Positions 11,221-19,641 of a stretch of 64,000 nt of DNA are shown one piece after another (the stretch's first letter is position 1; every line of letters begins with the position of its first letter). A program made the translations under genes and the position numbers. Origin of the DNA: an uncultured Ruminococcus sp. (GTDB taxonomy: Bacteria > Bacillota > Clostridia > Oscillospirales > CAG-382); contig CAZHBX010000001.1 of assembly GCA_964530795.1 (NCBI GenBank), forward strand, positions 92-64,091, in the 5' to 3' direction. A model generated the notes under the pieces. It was not told the DNA's origin. It was given only the letters and a program-made list of their open reading frames with translations, and made no database searches.

Positions 11221-11253
11221 GCCCATCGGCAAAGTCGATGGGCTTTTCTTTTT
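11221..11253 (+). terminator. Rho-independent terminator after nifU
   Basis: GCCCATCG / CGATGGGC 8-bp stem with a 7-nt loop, followed by TTTTCTTTTT. Confidence 0.8.
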
Positions 11254-11305
11254 CAAGTAGTTGACTCTTATTCCGCGAGGGGAGCGGCTCCCCCACACGT
11301 ACTTC

Positions 11306-12070
11306 TTACTTCGTCTTTTTGAAATGGAATTTGTTTTCGGTCCCCTCAAACAGGCGGCGGATGTTGGAACGGTGCATGAAGATGAGCAGCAGGCCGATGA
11401 AAATGGAGAAGATGATGGCGGGCAGGGACGGGAGAGTCCCGCGCAGGGCGGCGCTGCTGTAGACGATGCCAGGAAGCGCGAACCCGGCGATAATGGAACC
11501 GAGCGAGACGTACTGCGTAATAAGGACGGTGACGACGAAAAGCAGAAACGCGATGAGAAACACCTGCCAGTCGATCATCAGGACCATGGTCGCGGCGGTC
11601 AGCACACCCTTTCCGCCGCGGAAATGGTAATACAATGGGAAGATGTGCCCGAGCATACAGAACACCCCGGCGAAGTACGCGCCCCACTCGCCGCAGGCGA
11701 CGATACCGATGACGACGGACAGGAACTGCTTGGCGATGTCGCCGAGCAGGGTGAACAGGGCGGCCTGCTTGCCGTAGACTCGCGCCATGTTGGTCAGCCC
11801 GGCGTTGCCGGAGCCGTGCTTGCGGATATCGTCGTGGTAGCGGCAGTGCGAAACGATAATGGCGGCGTTAAGGCTGCCGAGCAGGTACGGCAGAACGCTG
11901 CAAACCAGCACCGCCGCGCAGAAAATCAGCGCGGCCTCCGTCGGTTTCCCGCTGTTGAGCAGGTCGTGGTGCAGCCAGTTAAGGAACCCCTGGAAGGACT
12001 CCCCTTCCGCGAGGTGCAGCCGTTCGGCCACGCCGAGCGCATTCCAGAGCCATTGAAAGAATTGCAGCAT
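11306..12070 (-). CDS. plsY: Acyl-phosphate:glycerol-3-phosphate acyltransferase PlsY
   Basis: The PlsY core is present (YLLGSLNAAIIVS, HGSGNAGLTNMARV, multiple TM helices). ATG 12070 sits one nt after the der stop. This gives an N-terminal extension of about 50 aa relative to typical PlsY, so an internal non-ATG start cannot be excluded. Confidence 0.8.
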   Translation of the reverse strand: MLQFFQWLWNALGVAERLHLAEGESFQGFLNWLHHDLLNSGKPTEAALIFCAAVLVCSVLPYLLGSLNAAIIVSHCRYHDDIRKHGSGNAGLTNMARVYGKQAALFTLLGDIAKQFLSVVIGIVACGEWGAYFAGVFCMLGHIFPLYYHFRGGKGVLTAATMVLMIDWQVFLIAFLLFVVTVLITQYVSLGSIIAGFALPGIVYSSAALRGTLPSLPAIIFSIFIGLLLIFMHRSNIRRLFEGTENKFHFKKTK

Positions 12071-12071
12071 C

Positions 12072-13394
12072 TCACTCGTCCCCCTTTTGCTTGATGATGA
12101 GCCGGATGGGCGTCCCGCCGAAGCCAAACGTGTTCCGCAGGCAATTTTCAATGTAGCGCTGGTAGGAGTAATGGAACAGTTCGGCGCTGTTGCAAAAGCA
12201 GGCGAAGGTCGGCGGGTTGGTTCCGGTCTGGGTCATGTAGTAGAGCTTCAGGCGGCGGCCCTTATCCGTCGGCGGCTGGACGCGGCCGGTGATGTCCGCC
12301 AAAAAGTCGTTGAGAACCCCGGTCGTGACGCGCCTGCAGGACTCGCGGTAGACGTCGTTGACAAGCGGAAAAAGCTTGTCGAGCCGCTGACCGGTCTTCG
12401 CCGAAACGAAGAGGATCGGGGCGTAGGGCATGTAGGCGAGCGCCGCGCGGACATTTTTGACGAACGCGTCGTGGGTCCTGCTGTCCTTTTCGACCAGATC
12501 CCATTTGTTGACGACGATCACGCTCGCCTTGCCCGCGTTGTGCGCGAGTCCCGCGATGTGCTCGTCCTGCGCCGTGATCCCCTCGTTCGCGTCAATGAGG
12601 ATCAGGCAGACGTCACTGTTTTCGACCGCCATGTTCGCGCGCAGGACGCTGTACTTTTCAACGCGATCCTCGATGCGCGCGCTGCGGCGGATACCCGCCG
12701 TATCGACAAGAACGTAGCGGCCGAACGCGTTGTCGACATTTGTGTCCACCGCGTCCCGCGTCGTGCCCGCCATGTCGGAAACGATGACGCGGTCCTCCCC
12801 GCAGATGCGGTTGATCAGCGAGCTTTTACCCGCGTTCGGCTTGCCGATGACGGCGACGCGGATGCGCCCCTCGTCGGCGGAAGAAGATTCCTCAGGGGGG
12901 AGCAATTGCACGATGCGATCGAGCAGATCGCCCGTTCCCGTGCCGCTCAAGGAGGAAAGCGGAAAGACCTCCTCAAAGCCAAGGGCGTAGAACTCGTAGA
13001 ACTCCGCGGGCGTTTCGCCAACGCTGTCAACCTTGTTAACGGCGACAAGCACCGGCTTGCGCGTCCTGCGCAGCATCGTCGCGATGTCGCAGTCGGCGTC
13101 CGTCAGACCGCTTTTCAGGTCGCACAGGAACACGAGCACATCCGCGTGCCGCATGGCGATCTCCGCCTGGTCGCGCATCTGCACGAGTAGCGGGCTGTCC
13201 GTCTGCGGCTCGATACCGCCCGTGTCGATGAGGCGGAAGGTCCGCCCGTTCCACTCCACGTCCCGGTAGAGGCGGTCCCGGGTCACGCCGGGAGTATCCT
13301 CCACGATCGCGGTCCGCGCGCCAGTCAGACGATTGAACAGCGTGCTTTTGCCCACGTTCGGACGCCCGATGACCGCAACGACTCCTTTAGCCAT
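12072..13394 (-). CDS. der: Ribosome-associated GTPase Der (EngA)
   Basis: Two tandem GTPase domains (GRPNVGKST and GKPNAGKSS P-loops; DTGG and DTAG) plus a KH-like C-terminus. Confidence 0.95.
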   Translation of the reverse strand: MAKGVVAVIGRPNVGKSTLFNRLTGARTAIVEDTPGVTRDRLYRDVEWNGRTFRLIDTGGIEPQTDSPLLVQMRDQAEIAMRHADVLVFLCDLKSGLTDADCDIATMLRRTRKPVLVAVNKVDSVGETPAEFYEFYALGFEEVFPLSSLSGTGTGDLLDRIVQLLPPEESSSADEGRIRVAVIGKPNAGKSSLINRICGEDRVIVSDMAGTTRDAVDTNVDNAFGRYVLVDTAGIRRSARIEDRVEKYSVLRANMAVENSDVCLILIDANEGITAQDEHIAGLAHNAGKASVIVVNKWDLVEKDSRTHDAFVKNVRAALAYMPYAPILFVSAKTGQRLDKLFPLVNDVYRESCRRVTTGVLNDFLADITGRVQPPTDKGRRLKLYYMTQTGTNPPTFACFCNSAELFHYSYQRYIENCLRNTFGFGGTPIRLIIKQKGDE

Positions 13395-14706
13395 CCGTCT
13401 CTTCTCCTTCCCTGTTTCCGAGCAGTTTTTCGAGCAGGTCTCCGCCGTTCCGGGAGGTCACCTCGACCCGGACGCGCAGCTTTTTCCGCACATCGTCAAG
13501 ACTGACGCCGTCAAGGAATAGGTCTCCCTCATGGCGAAGCATATTCTCCGGCAGGAGCAGCACGTCCCCGAGCGGAAGGCCAGAGAGTTGCTCGATCAGA
13601 TCCCCGCCGGTCACAAGCCCGCTGACCGTGATGCTTTCGCCGAAGAAGCGATTGCGGATCGCGTGGACGTCCACCCGCAGCGACGGGAACCGGTCGCGGG
13701 CGAGCGACGCAAGCTCCTGCATATGCATTTCGGCGGCGACGCCGGTCGCGATGCTGACATGGCGGTCCGCCGGCGTGTCCGCGCAGTTTTCCAGCGCTTC
13801 GCGAAACTCCTCGGTGTGCAGCCGGAGCATCCCCACGCCATTTTCCAGCTGGGGGTAATCCTCGTAGGCTTCCGCGGGCGGGATCGGCCGCCCGGCAATC
13901 AGATAGAACTCGTCCGACGCGTACACCGTCCGTGATTCCCGCTCCCGCAGGCACTCCGCCGCCTTCCACTCGACGCGGTCGATTACATCCCGCGCGGAAT
14001 CCCGGTCGAAAGGTTGAATCTCCGTCAACCCCTGACGATAGGCGGTCATCCCGCACGGGACGCACGCGAGGCTTTCGAGGTTTTCAAGTTTACATAATTT
14101 ATCCATCGAGAAATCCAGCTCATCGCCGTCGTTGATTCCCCGGCAGAGCACCAGTTGGGCGTTGATGCGGATCCCACCCTCGTCGAGCTGCTTCAGGTAG
14201 CGCAGCTTCTCCCCGGCGAACTTATTGCGCATCATTTTTACGCGAAGTCCGGGGTTCATTGTGTGAACCGACACGTTGACCGGGGAAATTCGCATCCGGA
14301 CAATGCGCTCGACGTCGCTGTCCTTCAGATTCGTCAGGGTGACATAATTTCCCATCAGGAAGGACAGCCGCTCGTCGTCGTCCTTGAAATAGATGGTTTC
14401 CCGCATCCCCGGGGGGTTCTGGTCGATGAAGCAGAAGATGCAGTGGTTCGTGCAGCGCTTTTTCTCGTCCATCAGGTAGCTGCCGAACTCCAGACCCAGC
14501 TCCTCGTAGACGCGGTTGTGCAGGCGGAAGGTCAGTTCCTCCCCACCGCGTGAGACCGTCAGCACGCAGCGCGGGTCGGTCGCGAAGAAGCGGTAATCCA
14601 GAACGTCCCGGATCGGCTCGCCGTTGACCGTCAGCAGCAGATCGCCGGGACACACGCCCGCCCTCGCCGCGGGACTGCCGGGTCGCACATCCCGAATCTC
14701 CACCAT
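13387..14706 (-). CDS. DUF512 protein (PDZ domain plus radical-SAM-like domain)
   Basis: N-terminal PDZ-like segment (GSPAARAGVCPGDLLLTVNG) and a Cys cluster CTNHCIFCF. It sits in the conserved position upstream of der in Firmicutes. Confidence 0.8.
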   Translation of the reverse strand: MVEIRDVRPGSPAARAGVCPGDLLLTVNGEPIRDVLDYRFFATDPRCVLTVSRGGEELTFRLHNRVYEELGLEFGSYLMDEKKRCTNHCIFCFIDQNPPGMRETIYFKDDDERLSFLMGNYVTLTNLKDSDVERIVRMRISPVNVSVHTMNPGLRVKMMRNKFAGEKLRYLKQLDEGGIRINAQLVLCRGINDGDELDFSMDKLCKLENLESLACVPCGMTAYRQGLTEIQPFDRDSARDVIDRVEWKAAECLRERESRTVYASDEFYLIAGRPIPPAEAYEDYPQLENGVGMLRLHTEEFREALENCADTPADRHVSIATGVAAEMHMQELASLARDRFPSLRVDVHAIRNRFFGESITVSGLVTGGDLIEQLSGLPLGDVLLLPENMLRHEGDLFLDGVSLDDVRKKLRVRVEVTSRNGGDLLEKLLGNREGEETDG

Positions 14707-14735
14707 TCGTCCTTCCCCTCCTTCCCCGCGAAACG

Positions 14736-14778
14736 AAAAAGGCGTGCCGCTCGGTGCCGTAGAAGCTGAGCAACACGC
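14736..14778 (-). terminator. Rho-independent terminator of yceD-rpmF
   Basis: On the minus strand, GCGTGTTGCTC...GAGCGGCACGC forms an 11-bp stem (two G-U pairs) followed by CTTTTT. It lies just after the rpmF stop. Confidence 0.65.
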
Positions 14779-14784
14779 TTTTCT

Positions 14785-14976
14785 TTAAGCCTTTTCTTCC
14801 TCAATCTTCAAGACTTCTCTGCGGCGGTAATACCCGCAGGACTTGCAGACGCGGTGAGAAAGGTTGTACGCACCGCACTTCGGACACTTCATCATGTCAG
14901 GAAGCTCCAGCTTCCAGACGGCGGAGCGGCGCTTGTCGCGCCTTGCTTTGGAGACTTTTCTCTTGGGAACTGCCAT
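14785..14976 (-). CDS. rpmF: 50S ribosomal protein L32 (zinc-ribbon form)
   Basis: [18 protein letters not shown]-terminus and a CPKCG...CKSCG motif. Confidence 0.95.
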   Translation of the reverse strand: MAVPKRKVSKARRDKRRSAVWKLELPDMMKCPKCGAYNLSHRVCKSCGYYRRREVLKIEEEKA

Positions 14977-15000
14977 CTCTCATATCCCTCCTTTGTATGC

Positions 15001-15510
15001 TCAATCTTCTTCCTGAAAAAAATTTTGCAGGACGCCCCAACGGGGATCCCGTTCGCGCAGGTCGCAGGAACACTGCGTGACATTGCGGTCGCAGCCGCAG
15101 ACCGGACATAGCCCGAGGCAATCCTCCTTGCAAAGGAAGCGGTAGGGCAGCTCCAGCAGAAGCTGACTCCGTACGACCTCCGACAGGTCCAGACAACCGT
15201 CCTCAAGCAGCAGGAACTCCTCCATATCCTCCCCGGCGAGCGTTTCGGCCAGCCGATAGGACATCGGAAACCGAAAAGTTCTCCGAAACGCCCGACAGCA
15301 CCGCGCGCAGCGAAATTCGCCGTCGAGCACAAGCTCCCCTTCCAGCGTCAGACATCCGGCGTGATTTTCCACCCGACCGGAGACCGAAAGCGTACCGGAC
15401 AGCAAGTCGTCGGAAAATTCCTTCGCGTCTTCACCCGAAAGCGCACGTTCCTCCGCGAACGGCAGGTCCTTCACCGATTCGCCGATGAGCTCCCGCAGAT
15501 CCAGCACCAT
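15001..15510 (-). CDS. yceD: YceD/DUF177 family protein
   Basis: 169 aa from MVLDLRELIG, with the C-terminal Cys motifs C..C..CPVCG typical of DUF177. It has the conserved pairing with rpmF. The track ORF 5' extension overlaps the promoter. Confidence 0.85.
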   Translation of the reverse strand: MVLDLRELIGESVKDLPFAEERALSGEDAKEFSDDLLSGTLSVSGRVENHAGCLTLEGELVLDGEFRCARCCRAFRRTFRFPMSYRLAETLAGEDMEEFLLLEDGCLDLSEVVRSQLLLELPYRFLCKEDCLGLCPVCGCDRNVTQCSCDLRERDPRWGVLQNFFQEED

Positions 15511-15568
15511 CGGTTTCGTCCCCTTCCTGCCTGCTCTTTCCCGGCCAGTCGTCACACAAGTACATTCT

Positions 15569-15597
15569 ATTATATCGAATCGGAACGAATTTGTCAA
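15569..15597 (-). promoter_or_regulatory. Consensus sigma-A promoter of yceD-rpmF
   Basis: Minus strand: TTGACA (15597-15592), 17-nt spacer, TATAAT (15574-15569). Confidence 0.8.
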
Positions 15598-15772
15598 GAC
15601 TTTTTTCGAAGGTTTTGCATTTTTTTGGATTTTACTCCCTCTGGCGAACGCTTTTCCCAGAAAAAGGTTGCGCTCGGAAGGAATTTGTGGTAGTATAGTT
15701 CCGTTTTCAAAAACCAAAACTAACCTTGTCAAAAAACCGAACGGGAAAGGATTGGTTTAAGGAATGTTCTGC

Positions 15773-15949
15773 ATGAAGAAACTCATCGCCTCGCACCGCC
15801 TGCTCTGCAACATGGTCGGCGTCGCCGTGGGAGTCGGACTGGGCGTGCTGGCTGCGAACCTCACGGTCAACCGCTGCTCCTGCGCATGCAGCCTGAAGAA
15901 GCGGGCAAAGAAAGCGTTCAAAGCCCTCGAAGACAAGATGGACTGCTGA
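15773..15949 (+). CDS. Small hypothetical membrane protein (58 aa)
   Basis: AAGGA lies 9 nt upstream of ATG 15773. There is one hydrophobic helix (MVGVAVGVGLGVLAANL) and a basic C-terminus. No family was recognised. Confidence 0.35.
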   Translation: MKKLIASHRLLCNMVGVAVGVGLGVLAANLTVNRCSCACSLKKRAKKAFKALEDKMDC

Positions 15950-16013
15950 CCCACTCGGGCGGGGAACCGCCCCTACATATGGTCTGCCGAATAAACCGCA
16001 AGGAGGAACCGTT

Positions 16014-16697
16014 TTGAGAAAATCCATCGGGAACCGGCTGGAGCTGGTCTCGGACCTGCTGCATACATACGGTCCGTTCCGCCGCATGGCAGACGTCGGT
16101 TCGGACCACGCCCTGCTCGCCATCCGCGCCCTCGAGCGAGGGGACGCCGCCTTCGCCATCGCGTCCGACCTGCGTCCGGGTCCGCTCGAACGCGGGCGGG
16201 TCAACGCCGCATCTCACAAGTTCGGGGAGGACCGCATCCGCTTTTGCCTGTCGGACGGGTTCGACGGGTTGGGGGAATTCGATTTCGACTGCGCCTGCGT
16301 CTGCGGAATGGGAGGCGAGCTGATCGCCGAACTGCTGAAACGGTACGGCCCCCACCCGGACTGCCGGTTTTTCTTACAGCCAATGACCGCGCAGGACGAC
16401 CTGCGGCGCTTCCTATGGGAGAACGGGTACCGCATCGACCGCGAAGCGTTCACCCGCGAACGGGACAGGCCCTACGCCGTCCTTGCCGTCCACTTCACCG
16501 GGGAAGCCCCGCAGCCGTACCGCTACGCGGATCTGTTCCTCGGCAGGGAACGCCCGCGGACCGACGCCTTCGCCGCCTACGCCGAAAAGGTTCGCGCGCA
16601 GGCGGAAAAGCGGCTGACCGGACGGCTCGCCCGCGGGCTCGACCCGACAGACGAGCGAAGCCTGCTCGCCGAGGCCGCGTCCCTTGCGAAAAAGTAG
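16014..16697 (+). CDS. trmK: tRNA (adenine22-N1)-methyltransferase TrmK family
   Basis: TTG start 7 nt after AGGAGG. Class I SAM methyltransferase motif ADVGSDHALL and GMGGELI, typical of the TrmK/DUF633 family. Confidence 0.8.
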   Translation: MRKSIGNRLELVSDLLHTYGPFRRMADVGSDHALLAIRALERGDAAFAIASDLRPGPLERGRVNAASHKFGEDRIRFCLSDGFDGLGEFDFDCACVCGMGGELIAELLKRYGPHPDCRFFLQPMTAQDDLRRFLWENGYRIDREAFTRERDRPYAVLAVHFTGEAPQPYRYADLFLGRERPRTDAFAAYAEKVRAQAEKRLTGRLARGLDPTDERSLLAEAASLAKK

Positions 16698-16711
16698 CCC
16701 CAAAACCGATT

Positions 16712-17266
16712 TTACAGGCAGCAAACGAACCGCTTGCCCAGCTTTTCCCGCAGCAGGTCCCGCAGCCGATCAACGTCAGACAGCGCCATGTTCCGCTTCG
16801 GCAGGAGGATGGCGGACTTGCGGGTCGGGTAAAAGTAGAAGAATCCGCCGGTCTCGTACACCCGGTAGAAACCATCGTAGAGGTAATCCTGCTGGCTGTC
16901 CGGCAGATGGCGGGGATTATGGGCGGGGTCGTAGAGAATTTCATAGATTAGTCCGTTTTTCCCGCAATGCACCGCGTGTGTCGCGTAGAGAAACGGCTTT
17001 TGCCGCACGCAGGTCTGCTTGACATGCCGCTTGATCAGGTAAAAAAACATGCAGAAGCAAAGCAGCACGATCGCCGAACCCAGCACGAGCGCCTTGCTTT
17101 TGAGCGAGATCCCGGCGAGAATCCCTGCGAGGCAGGCGAGCACGACCGCGAGGATGACGAAGAGCCGCACCCAGCGGGAGTACTTTCCCCGGAACAGATT
17201 AAACCGCATATATTCCCGGTAATCCGAAAGCACGATCTTCCCCCGGGCGGAAAGGTAGCCTTTCAA
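16712..17266 (-). CDS. YcxB-like membrane protein
   Basis: Two adjacent TM helices followed by a soluble C-terminal domain. Its start overlaps the apgM stop by 4 nt. The family call is by eye only. Confidence 0.55.
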   Translation of the reverse strand: MKGYLSARGKIVLSDYREYMRFNLFRGKYSRWVRLFVILAVVLACLAGILAGISLKSKALVLGSAIVLLCFCMFFYLIKRHVKQTCVRQKPFLYATHAVHCGKNGLIYEILYDPAHNPRHLPDSQQDYLYDGFYRVYETGGFFYFYPTRKSAILLPKRNMALSDVDRLRDLLREKLGKRFVCCL

Positions 17267-18483
17267 AGCGGTTTCCCCAGCAGCAGCCGCAGCAGGTCCT
17301 CCCCCTTGTGCAGGAAGACCCCGCCGTCAAACCCGCTCTGCTCGCAGTAGCAAGAGATTCCGCTGTCCCGCTCGGCCGTCGAATCGTACAGCACAAACGG
17401 CACAGCGTCGTGCGTGTGCGTGCGGACGTAGACCGGGGTCGGGTGGTCCGGCAGAAGCAGCAATCGGAACGGCTCGTCGACCCGGCGGAAGTACCCAAGC
17501 AGCGGGCAAAGGAGTTCGCGATCGATACGCTCGATGGCATCGATTTTATCGCGGTAGTTCCCTTGGTGGCCGCATTCGTCCGGCGCTTCGACGTGCAGGT
17601 AGACGAAATCGGCCCCGGTTTCCAGTTCGCGCACGGCCGTTTCCATCTTACCACGGTAGTTCGTGTTGAGCGCGCCGGTTGCCCCGGGGACGGCAGGCGC
17701 GCGCAGTCCGGCGCAAAGTCCGATGCCCTTTATTAAGTCCACGGCGCAGACCACGCTCCCCCGCAGACCGGTCATGCCGGTGAAATCCGGCAGCGACGGC
17801 TTTTTGCCCGGACTCCAGAGCCAGAGGGAGTTCGCCTTGCGCTTCCCGGCGTTCGCGCGGGCAAGGTTAACCGGGTGCCGGTTCAGGAAATCGTAGGACG
17901 CCCTTTGCAGCTCCCACATCGGGCGGGAGGAAGCGTTCTGCGGGCGATAATCGCCGATGCGCTTGCCGATAATGTCGTGCGGACGGGAAAAGTCCGTGAA
18001 CGGCGGGCAGTCCTTCCAGATCAGGCAATTCCGGTAGCCGACCCCGGTATAGAAGGTCTTTGCGGCGTCACCGAACTGCTTCTGCAGGTCGCGAACCAGC
18101 ACGTCCGCCTCCGCCGTCGTAATTTCCCCGGCGGAATGGTCGACCATATGCCGGTCGTCATAGTCGGTTTCCTCCTCCGTCAGGGTGACGATATTGGCGC
18201 GGATGGCCGTCTCGTCCGGCCGCATCTTAATTCCGATACTTGCCGCTTCGAGCGGGGAGCGCCCCTTGGAGTACACGCGGGGATCGTACCCCATGATGGC
18301 AAGGTTGGCCGTGTCGCTTTCCGGCACCATCCCCTCCGGGATCGTGTTGACCCGCCCGTTGATCCCTTTGGACGCGAGGTAGTTCATGCCCGGCTTGCGC
18401 GCGACGGAAAGCGGCGTTTCGCCGCCGAGCTCCCGCAACGGCAGGTCCGCCATCCCGTCCCCAACCAGAATCAGATACTTCAT
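17263..18483 (-). CDS. apgM: Cofactor-independent phosphoglycerate mutase (ApgM type)
   Basis: MKYLILVGDGMADLP N-terminus and metalloenzyme motifs (HVEAPDECGHQG, LLLPDHPTP). Start moved to ATG 18483 because the track ORF start lies in the -35 box. Confidence 0.85.
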   Translation of the reverse strand: MKYLILVGDGMADLPLRELGGETPLSVARKPGMNYLASKGINGRVNTIPEGMVPESDTANLAIMGYDPRVYSKGRSPLEAASIGIKMRPDETAIRANIVTLTEEETDYDDRHMVDHSAGEITTAEADVLVRDLQKQFGDAAKTFYTGVGYRNCLIWKDCPPFTDFSRPHDIIGKRIGDYRPQNASSRPMWELQRASYDFLNRHPVNLARANAGKRKANSLWLWSPGKKPSLPDFTGMTGLRGSVVCAVDLIKGIGLCAGLRAPAVPGATGALNTNYRGKMETAVRELETGADFVYLHVEAPDECGHQGNYRDKIDAIERIDRELLCPLLGYFRRVDEPFRLLLLPDHPTPVYVRTHTHDAVPFVLYDSTAERDSGISCYCEQSGFDGGVFLHKGEDLLRLLLGKPL

Positions 18484-18544
18484 ACGCCTTTTTGCACATT
18501 CCTTTCTTTGCGCGGGGGACTTCCTTTCCCGCCTGTTCTCTTCC

Positions 18545-18573
18545 AGTATAGCAAATTTAAGAAAGAAAATCAA
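18545..18573 (-). promoter_or_regulatory. Sigma-A type promoter of apgM
   Basis: Minus strand: TTGATT (18573-18568), 17-nt spacer, TGcTATACT (18553-18545). Confidence 0.7.
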
Positions 18574-18615
18574 CCGCCTTTTTGTTCAATCTTTTCGCCG
18601 TTCGACATTTTTTTG

Positions 18616-18644
18616 TTGACAAAACGGACAGCATCCCTTATAAT
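18616..18644 (+). promoter_or_regulatory. Consensus sigma-A promoter upstream of the DUF2493 gene
   Basis: TTGACA (18616-18621), 17-nt spacer, TATAAT (18639-18644). It predicts a leader of about 130 nt before ATG 18780. Confidence 0.75.
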
Positions 18645-18779
18645 AATGTGTGCAATGTCGGCGGAACAGACCGCATACGCGGTTTTAGATTGTCAATCAA
18701 CCCTTTTTCGACAGGCCGTTTATCAGCATTTTCATTTAGAAAATTTAGAATCAGGGAAAGCAGGAAAAGACGAGGCGCT

Positions 18780-19151
18780 ATGGAAGAAAAAAGGAAGCGG
18801 TTCCGCGTCGCGATCATCGGTTCGCGGAGCATCCGATCGGTCGATCTTTCGGCCTACATTCCCGCAGAGGCGACACAGCTGATTTCCGGCGGAGCGACCG
18901 GGGTCGATACGCTCGTCGAGGCGTATGCCCATGCTCACGGGATCCCCATCCAGGTCATCCGCCCGGATTACGCCCTGTATGGCCGAAAGGCCCCGTTGGT
19001 CCGCAACCGGCAAATTGTCGAGTGCGCCGATCTGGTCGTCGCCATTTGGGACGGGCGCTCGACCGGAACGACCTACACCGTCGATTACGCCAACGCGCGG
19101 GGGGTCCCGGTCCGATTATTTATCCCGCCGGCCGGCCCCAAAAAAGAATAA
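18780..19151 (+). CDS. DUF2493 / SLOG-superfamily protein
   Basis: 123 aa with a pattern typical of DUF2493: RVAIIGSR..ISGGATGVD..AHAHGIP..RPDY..YGRKAPLVRN..IWDGRSTGT. Confidence 0.7.
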   Translation: MEEKRKRFRVAIIGSRSIRSVDLSAYIPAEATQLISGGATGVDTLVEAYAHAHGIPIQVIRPDYALYGRKAPLVRNRQIVECADLVVAIWDGRSTGTTYTVDYANARGVPVRLFIPPAGPKKE

Positions 19152-19191
19152 AACCATCCTCGCCGGTACACAATACCGGAGAGGTGATTTT

Positions 19192-19641
19192 TTGAACGGA
19201 AAATGGATTTGGATGTTCGGCATCGGGGGAAGCGTGTACCTCCTGCTCGAGCTGCTCTACCGGGGGTACTCGCACCCTTCCATGTTCTTTGCCGGCGGGC
19301 TTTCCGCCGCCCTAATCTACCTCGTCTGCTGCGAAGGTCGGCTGCGACACGCGGGGTGGTACGTACGATGCGCCGTCGGGAGTTTGCTGATCACGTCCGT
19401 GGAGTTCTGCACGGGGCTGCTCCTCAACCTGCTGCTGCGGCTTGGGATCTGGGACTACTCGTCCTTACCGTTCAACCTCCTCGGACAGATCTGCCTGCCG
19501 TTTTCCGTACTCTGGTTCTTTCTGACCCTGCCGGTTCTGTTCCTCGGGGACTTGCTTTTCGGCGAACCGGCTCAATTGCGCCGCTCGAGGGCTTCCAAAA
19601 ACCGACCGAACGCCGCCCCGCCCCGCTCGTCCGGGCGGTAG
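19192..19641 (+). CDS. Small polytopic membrane protein (CmpB-like, putative ABC-transporter type IV family)
   Basis: Four hydrophobic segments. TTG 19192 lies 5 nt after GAGGTG, with ATG 19213 as an alternative start. The 3' tail overlaps the convergent galT by 70 nt. The family call is tentative. Confidence 0.5.
   Translation: MNGKWIWMFGIGGSVYLLLELLYRGYSHPSMFFAGGLSAALIYLVCCEGRLRHAGWYVRCAVGSLLITSVEFCTGLLLNLLLRLGIWDYSSLPFNLLGQICLPFSVLWFFLTLPVLFLGDLLFGEPAQLRRSRASKNRPNAAPPRSSGR

Noticed and set aside
18655-18882. ORF in the DUF2493 leader (MSAEQTAYAVLDCQ...)
   Set aside because: It has no RBS, it overlaps the DUF2493 start in another frame, and its composition is not protein-like beyond the first 30 residues.
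19572-19641. 70-nt convergent overlap between the small membrane-protein gene and galT
   Set aside because: The overlap is most simply explained by read-through of the membrane-protein frame to the first available stop in GC-rich sequence. It does not indicate a regulatory antisense arrangement.
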